Shown: positions 53,480 through 64,000 of the stretch, in pieces
How positions within the stretch are numbered: position 1 is the stretch's first letter
Layout: each line of letters opens with the position of its first letter
Source: Octopus vulgaris
Taxonomy: Eukaryota
Length of the DNA: 64,000 nucleotides
NCBI GenBank assembly: GCA_951406725.2
Contig: OX597815.1
Span: 139,438,001 to 139,502,000, forward strand
Direction: 5' to 3'
Program-made: the position numbers and the translations under genes
Notes under the pieces: generated by a model
Told to the model about the DNA's origin: nothing
Seen by the model: the letters and a program-made list of their open reading frames with translations, nothing else
The model's database searches: none

Positions 53480-53962
53480 CATACATATATATATTCAGTA
53501 TGTTGCTTGCAGATGTAATCGATAACAGATTTAATTATCGATTATTGACCACTGAAACGTTCGTAATTAAGTACCTGAAATATTAAGTTTTTTTCTCTTT
53601 GTTTTGTTTTTATCTATATATACATACATACCTACATTGATGCATACGTAGATACATACATAAACGAATACACACATACACACACATAGAAATGTATGTG
53701 TGTGTTTGTGTGTGTCTTTGTATTGTATACGTCCTTGTAATTACTGAAACACGTGATCTTGGGCTCCTCCTATCCTCTACGTGAGTAAGGCTTATCATTG
53801 AGTGTGTATTTGAGTATTTCACTATTCACATTATTAAGAATGAGAAATTGTTTCCGTGGTCCCTGCCTAAGCACAGCATCCATTGCTGTAAAACAGCAAT
53901 GATTATGTAAAAGGCTTCCACGAAATTGTTTCTATGCAGAAAAATAACTTCCTATATATATA

Positions 53963-54036
<74 letters not shown>

Positions 54037-55759
54037 TGTGTGTGTATATGTATGTATACACACACATTCATGTGTGCGTGTATATGTGTATGTGCGTGCA
54101 TGATCACGTGAGCGTTGTATCTCTGTGTATGAATCTAGTTGAGTGCTTTCTATTGTATGTATATTAAATGCTGAAGCTGTGTGTAATATGGCAAGGATAG
54201 AGGGCAACGTTTTCTGGTTTATTTTGAGATTAAATACATTTATAAAGTAGAAAGTTACATGCTGTGTAAGAAGATTTACTGACACACGGCAGTACAGCTA
54301 GTGTATTTACAACTGAAGCCACGTCATAAATCTCTCTAGCATTAACGCACAAATAAACACACTTTGACGTGTGCTCTCGTTTATATTGGCGCCTTATCTT
54401 GTATGTTTGTGTGGAAAGCAGATGCCTGCAGTTAAGATAAATACAAGAACATAGCAAAGTAAATATTTCCAGCTAATCATTAGAGTGTAACCCTATGCTA
54501 ATCCATATAACTGGATGCAAACAAAAAATACTAGAATATGCCAAAACCGTTTTGAAAAAGATAGATAACTTACAGGAATAAATATATGCATAACCTGGCT
54601 ATTTTTATTGGGAGGTACATTTTAATCTGCATAAGTTTTTGGCAGCATAAAACTTCAGACAGTCTTTAAGTTATATGCAGCTAAAATATGTGTGTATATG
54701 TATGTAAGTGTATGTTCCTAAACGTATTTGCCTTCTGAGCAAAACTGAGCGGAAAAGAGAGGGAGAGAGGGAGAGATAGAGAGGGAGAGAGGGAGAGGGA
54801 GTGAAAGAGTGAGAGGCATAAAAGCATACAGGCAGACATCAATCGACTTAAAAACAAAAGGAAGTAGACACTGACCAGAAAACAATCTGATTTTCTCGCC
54901 AGGTTTGTCATCCTCTGAGATTCCTTTCATTTGTTTTTACACCGTGCTTGCTTAACGGTTTACAAACTTTAACGTTGCATCGCTCCAAACGTAAGGTTTA
55001 TTGAGTTTATAGTTGATCTAAAGAATATTAGCTGTGGCTTAAGGTTTGCTTTGTATTCCTGGGAATATCATTGCACACTCTAATGCAAAAAGTTTGTTGC
55101 TAGATAAAACTATGCGTAAATTCATAGAATTATAAGTGAAGGCGGTGGCAGTGGTGGTGGTGTTGGTGTTGTTGGTGGTGGTGTTGGTGGTGTTGGTGGT
55201 GTTGGTGGTGGTGGTGGTGGTGGTGGTGGTGGTGGTGGTGGTGTGGTGGTGGTGGCGACGGTAGTGGTAGTGGCGACGGTAGTGGTGGTGAGGCATGCAA
55301 GGATTTGAGATGGGTAATGACACTGGCAATAGACATCGATTAATACGGAGAATTAACATTATTCCATAGAATTTATCAGGAACATGATTCGAGTATATTT
55401 TCTCAATGGCGTTTGAACAAAATTCAGAAATATTACTGATGGAAACAATTACGATATTTTTAATGTCTTAGAGGTATCAAAATAAATATATCGATACGCA
55501 TGTTGCTAGTTGGTATTCTAAATATGCGAAAATTTCTTTACTCTCCATATTAAGAAGATGTGTGAAAACTTCATGGGGTTGGAGGTCTAGATACAGAATG
55601 AAGGAATCATATCTTTCTTCTCTAGTCATACTGACCATATTAAATCTAATCCATTTTGTAACTCTTTCTATTTACTGTAAAACATCAGATTTAATGTGGA
55701 ATTATATTAGTGATTGTAACGTTTCATAGTTGAAATAGTTATATGTATTTTTATTTGGT

Positions 55760-57150
55760 AGTGTCCGGAGAAAAGGGTTGTGTCCAAGCCTTCGTAGGCT
55801 CCAACAACGACCAGGTTAACATGGTTAACATTCTTCTTGAATATAGCTACAGGGAAAGTATATGGACGTTTTTATGCTGAAAGGCTGGGTGAAATAGTTG
55901 ATGTGAGTCCTTGTAGGAACAGAATTTGAAAAATAGAGACAAGATGAGAGAGTCGGAAGTGCCTTATTGAAAATGGCACAAGACCAGCTAGCTTTGAAGA
56001 TCAGAAGTAAAAAAGACAAAGAGAAGAGTTAGAAATTCTGTGGACAAATGATTGGAGCGTATTGGTGAGCGATTTCATGCCTATCAGTCGAGAGGCTTTT
56101 CTTCGAATGCGGTCTAGAACGTGAGGTGTTGAGGCAACACCATCTTAGGTGTGGAAGCAATACTGTATTGTAGGTATCACAAATGCTTTATAGGGAATTA
56201 ATAGTTGCTGAGGCGCTGACCTTCCCGAAAGAAGAAAGTCAATTTTTTTAGGTAGGTTTTTGCTTTACTGATAATGTCTGTTTGCCTGGAGAGATCTTAG
56301 TGAAAGTAAAACGTAGTATTTGAAACAGCTTTTAGAATTCTAGTTGCGTGCTATTCGGGAGATCGTATGCTATAGTGTTTTCTTGATTTGTGCAGTGATT
56401 GATATGCACCAGGAGGAAAACTTTTCAGTCGGTAAGAGAATCCACTGCCAAGCGACCTAAAAGAGGTGATCAGTGAGAAGGTAGAGACATTAAAAAATGT
56501 TGGATAAGGTTGTTTCTAATGATTGTCTCCGTCACAATTTAGATATTGGAAATAAGTGTAGTTTTATGGTAGCCGATCAGAGGTGATTTCCTTGTTGAAA
56601 ATGGGAGACACTGTTATATTTCTAATGATTGGAAAAATCTCTTTTGAGTGAAAGACTAATAAAATATTTTGCAGAGCATAGTGGGGCTGACTCTCGGTGT
56701 ATTGTTTGATAGCAGTAATAATATAGTGTCATGGCCAGTGACATCGAGTGGCAGGAAGTACTTTTGCGCTTTGCGTGTATTTCTGCATGATAGTAAGCCT
56801 GTTGGAATGAAAAGGGGAATGAATACTTCTCAGTATAGTTGGTTGCAGAGCGTGCAGCAAATACAAAGGTTTTCTCCTCGAGATTACTGCATGCAGAGCC
56901 AGCATGTTTGAGAAGGGAAATACTGGAACGTTCCGACCAGAACATGATTAATATTCACTTACAATTCTTGAGGTTAATCAGATATTTTGGAGGGGAAACA
57001 TAAACCGAAGATACACGAGAGATGATGACGTATATAGAGTCTGGAGTTTTGGTAAGAGAATAGATATGTCAGGTGGGAGCTATACAATGTTAACAAGGTT
57101 AGATGGTGCACAGGGGCGTGATCAGTGAAATTTTGTATATTTTCAGTGAT
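55760..57150 (-). pseudogene. Highly decayed CR1/L2-like LINE RT remnant
   Basis: Fragmentary frameshifted minus-strand SPIFNKE..SD...YH.TTLISNI...ETIIRNNLIQHF resembles the RT domain 1-2 region; boundaries approximate. Confidence 0.4.
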
Positions 57151-59255
57151 TAAGGAACTTATTTCCTAAGAACATGGTTTAAAATGTGTATTGGGAAGTG
57201 TTCATTGGCTAATATGTCAATGTCACTCGAGGGCAAATTTGAAGTTTGCGAAAAGACAACACTTGTTTACGAAGGAACTCTCTGCAGAAAATTTTTCCCA
57301 GCTAATAAATTCTAGTTTAGTTATGTTTGTAGGAATATTGAATAGCTTCTAATTGAAACCATTTAAAAAATTTTGTAAATTCTTCTTGGGCATAACAATT
57401 ATTCCTTATTCTGTAAAAACGAAACTAACTTTTCTAATTTGCATAAGATTATTTTCCTGGATTACTTTTCACCTGATCTTATATTTCTTATAATAACACC
57501 AATCTCTATTTTTATCTTCTTTGGCTAATAACATTTCTAGTGAAAAGAATTATAATGAGTACAGCTTAAGAGTGAAAAGAATTCTATTATCTTTCTAAAT
57601 TAGCCTGACTTTCATGAGGCATCATTTTGGAAATATGAAAGTGAAGATTGCAAAATTAGTTGAGAATGTTGTCTTTCATTGTTTCTTTCATTTTATCTGC
57701 CTGGCGCTTCCAGTTAACCAGAAGCTATGAACCACAATTCTTGAGATTAATCTGTGCTCAACAATCCTCCGATTTCAATTAACAACCACAAATATATAAA
57801 ATACCAATGTACAGGCAATGTCATTTTAACCACACCTCAACCACAATTGACATATATCTATGTGTTTCTGTATATACATATTTCTGTCTAATTCATTCAA
57901 AATACTGCATTTGTCTCGTCAAGAAATACATTTAATGTTTAAGGGTGTGGGAACAATAATGATCACTTACCTAAAATATCATTATCGTTTGTAATTTAAA
58001 TCTATGTATCATATTGTGTTGCAAGATAATCTCATTCCGTCTTATCTGACATGGTGTGGTGACAACCTACTGTAGTTGGAGATTTTATCACTTAATGATT
58101 CCAGTCTATTTTCCTAATTGCTTCTTCGGCATCTACTTCAATCTACTTTTCCTGCAGCGATAATGTTTAATTTACTAATAGAATATTGCGAAGAATATCA
58201 TCCTAATGTGGCCAGTTAAGTGATGATCGCTTAACTTGAGAAAGTCAGGTCAATCCCAAATGCATGCTGAAACTAATTTCTTTCCGGTTGTTAAAAGGCT
58301 GAAATCTTCTAATAAAAAAACAAAACTATGTTTCTTGTATTAGTGATTCGAACCAGGGGTAGATGGTTTGAATACTGGGAACCTGGGATTAAAGAGAATT
58401 GATTTTCGAAGCAGCTCTTAGTTATCGACTCTAGTAAACTGTTAGCTGAGGTGATAAAGTGAAGTGCAACAGGATATGAAGAGTTAGCAGTCTTTATCAT
58501 GTAACTGCTACTGCACTATATTCCCCATCAAAACTCTTAATTTCATTATTCCACTCCACTTAACTCTAAATAGGTAACAGCAAAATGTACAGCTTTCCGT
58601 TGTAAGTAGCAGTTTCCCCATCCGTATATTATATGTTAACCCATAATGTGAGGTCAAATTGTCTTTGATAGAAACGAACACTCATACACTAAATGAAAAC
58701 GAATTCTTCCGTTCGGTGGGTTATAGAACTCTGATATATGTAGAAAGAACACAACAAAATAAGATTTCTTTTTTTAACTATGAGTATCCTAAAATGACAC
58801 TATATTAGCTGAGTATTTCTATTGATACTTCTGCGAAGAAAGAATATTTCCTATAATATGTGTGGAATGTTTTGGATCATAACAAGCAAAGCAAGTCATT
58901 TTGAAGGGTTGGAGCTTTAATGTGACATTTGGGATGAAATTAACTACTGATTCCTGCCAAAGATTACACTGATGACATGCATCCAGTAAGATCAAAATCC
59001 AGCTTCCTATTTCCTTGCTAACAGGATTTCTGTAATCTTCCATATATGCTTCTAACTATATTTTTCTAGAAGATACGTATCGTGTCAAATTTTGTACATA
59101 CACTGAAAATTCTAAAGAATTGATTTTATACGTTTTTATTTTATTTCATTGGATAACCAGAAGATGGGGAGAAGTTCCTATTCTCTTTGTAGCCCCACCA
59201 AGATTCTTGCAATTTAATGTGCCGTCTCAATATCTCTAGGTCGATGTAGACAGCA

Positions 59256-59645
59256 AGGTGGCATACTCGTCAGCACACCGGTATTTCGTCCGTCTTTATG
59301 TCCTGAGTTCAAATTCCACCACGGTCGACTTTGCCTTTTATCTTTTCGAGGTCGATAAAATAAGTATCAGTGAAACATTGGGGATGATGCAACCGACTGC
59401 TCTCTCTCTCACGATCTTATTGGCCTTGTGCCAAAATTTGAAACCAATATCTATAGGTCGATGAAGGCAGCGAGCTGGCAGAATCGTTAGTACATCCATA
59501 AGCGAAATGCATAGCTATATTCCGCCGAGGTTAACTTTGCCTTTCATCCTTTCGAGAACGATAAAATAAGTACCAGTTGAGCATTGCCGTCGGTATAATC
59601 GACAAACCTCCTCACCCGAAACTACTTGCCTGAATTTGATACCAT
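59256..59645 (+). mobile_element. Two tandem SINE family 2 copies (59256-59448, 59465-59645)
   Basis: Both carry GACTTTGCC/AACTTTGCC...GATAAAATAAGTA. Confidence 0.8.
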
Positions 59646-59649
59646 TATC

Positions 59650-60500
59650 TATAGTGATGTCAAAAGGAAGAATTCCAAAGGATTATAGTTGTGTGAGGGA
59701 GGGATTGAGCGACATGCTTAATGTGAAGTGAAACACTATGTATCCGATGGAAGAAGGAAGACAATTTAGAGTAGAGAGAGTGTACAATTAGGTAGCTAAC
59801 AGGTGTAGAAAGCAATAGGGTAGTGATAGAGTACATAGGGAAAGAACCAACGAGTGACCTAATACTCACTGTGGTTTCGAGACTGAGCTTTTTACTAATG
59901 GCCTTCTTTTGGATGTAGTCTATAAAGATAATGCCCTATGCTACCCTATAGAGGCAGTATTCCACATACACAGGCCTAGCTTGAGGTATGCAGAAAGTCA
60001 AAAACTAGTAGAATTCAATTATTTTCAGCTTTGAAAGGGAATTACTAGTCTTTGGAATAGCGTTTTAGTAATACCATATATGGTATGATGAGAAATCCTC
60101 AGTTTGAGCCTAGAATTTATTGTGAATTTTGAGGGACTTAGCTTAGTGTCGTACTCATAACTGGGGAGAATGTGAGATAAGGCAGTCCCTTTTATGTATC
60201 GGGGTTCTGTCTTGTAAATTTGTACTATTAACATAAACATGGTTACTGTCTAATGTGCTATTAAAAATAACTAGGTTACTATATTGTGTACCTTTATCGA
60301 AAGAGACGAGATGATTGTGTCTCGAACGGTAGGTACTCTAAGTGATTCAGTTTGTGAAATAAATCTATGCCAGATGTAATGTGCTCAGCTTGCGTGTGAA
60401 TGACCCTTGGGTACGGAAAGTTAGAGTGGATGAACGAAGAATATCGTCTGATGAAAATATGCGTTGTTTGAAGGAGTTAACAATACTGGTTAATGCAGAG
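59650..60500 (-). pseudogene. Highly decayed LINE RT C-terminal remnant
   Basis: Weak minus-strand motifs FDK and GTALSHIL (cf. QGSVLSPLL); boundaries approximate. Confidence 0.3.
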
Positions 60501-60629
60501 ACAGAATAGCCTGGAAGACTCTAGCAAACTTACGATTGATCAAAGTCGATATAATGTGAGTCGAGAAGAAGCCCACGTTCAGTGTGGTACTCCAAGAAAA
60601 ATTATAAAGGAAGAAATCTGTTTTGTCGT

Positions 60630-61032
60630 TTTATCTTTTTACATGTTCCCGTCATGTTACTGTGGCCATGCTGGGGAACCATCTTGAAGGGTTTTAGTCG
60701 AACAAATCGGCCCCAGGACTTATCTTTTTAAAGCCTGGCACTTATTCTATCGTTCTCTATTTCCCAACCGCTAAGTTAAAGGGACGTAAATACATCAATA
60801 TCGTTTGTCAATCGATGGTAGAGGAGGGCAAACACAAAGACATATACACATACACATTCACACACACACACACAAACATCTTTCAGTTTCCGGCTACCAA
60901 ATCCACTCATGAGGCTTTGGTCGGCCCGAGGCCAGTGTAGAAGGCGCTTACCCAAGGTGCCATGCAGTAGAACTGAACCTGGAACCATGTAGTAAGGAGG
61001 CAACTTTTTACCAAAAAGCCACGCCTGCGCCT
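60630..61032 (-). mobile_element. SINE family 1
   Basis: Reverse complement match ending GCCACGCCTGCGCC. Confidence 0.85.
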
Positions 61033-61271
61033 GGAGATAAAAAAAAAGGAGCAATTTCTCTAAGATTTTCTCATGCGGATATTAAGTACAACGATAAAAT
61101 TCTCAAGTAGTTCTTGACATAAAGGACCACTTCTGTATGTCGGAGAAGAGCAAATTTCCGGTAAATCCGGCTATATGGAAATAATAATGTACAAGAAGGA
61201 ATGAGGGATTAAAATGTAATTATTAATAGTTCAAATTAACAAAAAATGTGATTATCTGGATTTTATCTATT

Positions 61272-61438
61272 ATCTTTCATTTGCTTCAGTCACTGGACTG
61301 CGGCCATGCTGGGGCACCATCATGAATGGTTTAGTGCTTATTTTCTTTTTAAATCTGGTACTTATTCTGGCGCTCTCTTTGCTGAAACGCTAGGTTACGG
61401 GAACGCAGTCAAACCAACATAGTTGTCAAGCGGTGGTG
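61272..61438 (-). mobile_element. SINE family 1, 3' half
   Basis: TTCAGTCACTGGACTGCGGCCATGCTGG...GTTGTCAAGCG. Confidence 0.7.
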
Positions 61439-61960
61439 ATTATTGGCTTGTTTATCCCAGTGTTGTAGGGAGTTAGTTCCTTCATCTACGCAAGTTGTTT
61501 TCCACAGTTTAAAAACACTTTCTAAGCGATGACCAACAGCATGTATCTTTAATTCGTTGTACATCTCCTCATCTATGTTTTTAAATTTTTGTTCATTGCT
61601 TAGCGCCCTAAGCTTAAGGAGTTCTATTTCTGTCTTCATTTTTCCCTGTGTTAGTTTTTCCCTTAATTGTATTTGTTGGTCCTGCTCGTTTGGAATACGT
61701 TTAATTTGGAATTTATGAGGCAAAATTATTGGTGTAGAATTTAGCCAGCGTTCATAGATTTCTGCCTTGTGGTTGTTTTTAATCGTATTGTAGACAGAAA
61801 ATTTTCTGGCTTTAAGTTTTTCATTCTATATATATATATATAAAAATTTTCTTGAGAACATTCTTTTCTTAGTGGTAAGACCATAGGGGGTCGATTTCTA
61901 GCATATGGATGTCCACTTAGTGGTCATCCCTCTCATATATATTCGCCATGATAGATCGGT

Positions 61961-62132
61961 AGCCACTACATACAATGTTATCTCTCCTCGTTTTTTCTGT
62001 ATTCTGTTCTGTGGAAGAGAGTAGGCTCGAAACGTTAAAGACTTTTTCAATTCCCGAGCGTTAAACTAATACATCTGTTTGTTTTCTACACCACCTGTCT
62101 TCGTCTTTTGCTTTTTTCGTGAATTCTCACCC
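61961..62132 (+). mobile_element. 3' end of the same PLE family as 21249-23306, with an HHR-like motif
   Basis: Matches ~23116-23306 (CCCGAGCGTTAAACTAATACATC); GGAAGA-GAG-TAGG-CTC-GAAACGTT at 62012-62036; ends in (TA)n. Confidence 0.75.
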
Positions 62133-62984
62133 TATATATATATATATATATAAAAACTTGATAGCAAAAGAACAAAAGTCGGGGTGCGTCACGTTCAGTT
62201 GCTCAATAAATGAAAAATCCATTAAATGCTAAAAATCGAACACATAGGACAGTATGTTTTTTTAGTATTAATGCATTTTTCATTTATATATATAGTGTAA
62301 TAAAATCATTCTTTAAATTATATCTCCCTTCATAACAGAGACGTTAATCTGTTAGAGGAACATCTTAGTTATCTCCTCTTCCCAATTTCCCTGGGATACT
62401 CATAATATCCCTACTTTTTCCAATGCCTTCAGTTTTCTTGTGTATTGAGGAAATATCTTCTCAGATGCCTTTTGTACTTATTGTAAGATTTTATGTGACA
62501 GTCACTTAAAAGCACGAAATGGTTCATAACCGATAGACCAATAGCATTTTCTATCAAACTTAACTTTACCAACCCGATTTTGTGCGCTCTAATCTCTTTT
62601 ATGAATATAAAACTTAAACATATCTAGTTACATATATATATATATATAATAAATAATATATTATATACATGTGTGCGTATGTTTGTGTGTGCGTATGTTT
62701 GTGTGTGCGTATGTGTGCGTATGTGTGTGCGTGCATACATTTGTATATATGTACATGTATACATAATTACTGTGTACCTTTGGGTAAGATGAAGGGGCGA
62801 TGTATGCATACATGTTTCCGCTAAAAAACAATATTTTAATGACTTAAATTTTAGAACCAGATATTAATACAAGGCTCTCATGAGTCGTTAAAAAAAGTAG
62901 TTTGGAGGTAAAGAGATTTTGTAAAAACTGAATTGCATAGGGAAAATAGAAAATATATACTTATTTTACACATAACAATAAACG

Positions 62985-63289
62985 TCGCCTTTTTCAAGCC
63001 TAGCCAGTCTCATAGGCCCGGTTTCCCGGTTTCTGTGACGAATGTGTTACCCCCAAGTGGACGAGACGCCAGTGCATCGCAGCGTTACTCAAGAAACAGG
63101 AAGAGAGAGTGAGAGAAAGTCGTGACGAAAGAGTACAACAGGGATCGCCACCACCCCATGCCGGGGCCTCGTGGAGCCGTTAGGTGTTTTCGCTCAATAA
63201 ACACACACACAACGACCGGTCTGGGAATCGAAACTGCGATCCTCCGACCGCGAGTCCGCTGCCCTAACCACTGGGCCATTGCGCCTCCA
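62985..63289 (-). mobile_element. tRNA-derived SINE, family 3
   Basis: Minus: GGAGGCGCAATGGCCCAGTGGTTAGGG...GTTTCGATTCCC head; AACCGGGAAACCGGG tail. Confidence 0.8.
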
Positions 63290-63494
63290 CATTTTACACA
63301 TTAGCTTACAGAATATGGAACCTCGACTGGATTCATGGCATGGAACTGTTCTTTTTCTGAGACTGCTAAAATGCTTTCAGTTTTCTTGTGACAGCGGGTT
63401 CCAATATGAATCCATCACCTTCGAGACAAAAGACTGGTATTTCTATCTAGGAGCTTTTTTTCACTTGGGGATATACTCTTTTACTCTTTTTTTT

Positions 63495-63691
63495 TTTACT
63501 TGTGTCAATCATTTGACTGCGACCATGCTGGAGCACCGCCTTTAGTCTAACAAATCGACCCCGGGACTTATTCTTTGTAAGCCCAGTACTTATTCTATCG
63601 GTCTATTTTGCCGAACAGCTAAGTGACGGCGACGTAAACACACCAGCATCGGTTGTCAAGCAATGCTAGGGGGACAAACACAGACACACAA

Positions 63692-63782
<91 letters not shown>

Positions 63783-63937
63783 AATATACGACGGGCTTCT
63801 TTCAGTTTCCGTCTACCAAATCCATTCGCAAGGCTTTGGTCGGCCCGAGGCTATAATAGAAGACACTTGCCCAAGATGTCACGCAGTGGGACTGAACCCG
63901 GAACCATGTGGTTGGTCAGCAAGCTAATTACCACACT
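63495..63937 (-). mobile_element. SINE family 1
   Basis: Reverse complement of 48769-49169 with an expanded internal microsatellite. Confidence 0.88.
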
Positions 63938-64000
63938 AAAAAAATAAACAAATAACTGACGATGATAGACGGGAAGTTCCAGAATGCGACAGTAACAGAA

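Overview
AT-rich, microsatellite-saturated eukaryotic DNA with no convincing host protein-coding exon. The SINE and repeat content suggests an intron or intergenic region of an octopus-like cephalopod genome (inference from recalled repeat families, not a search). Almost all ORFs in the track are microsatellite artefacts. Real content: (1) a near-intact R4/Dong-type non-LTR retrotransposon (RT, CCHC knuckle, restriction-like endonuclease; 36351-39869, minus strand) inside a head-to-tail cluster of (TAA)n-targeted insertions; (2) decayed Penelope-like (PLE), RTE and CR1/L2-like retroelements, a DD37D/maT transposon, mariner and hAT remnants; (3) about 20 tRNA-derived SINE copies from three families; (4) roughly 19 hammerhead-ribozyme (HHR) motifs of varying quality, found by eye. 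Many lie in short non-coding modules in or beside (TA)n tracts with direct and/or inverted terminal repeats. Two related families (~494 and ~460 bp monomers) carry canonical type-I hammerheads with compensatory stem changes and look like circular-RNA retrozymes mobilised by PLEs. Coordinates were read manually and may be off by a few bases.
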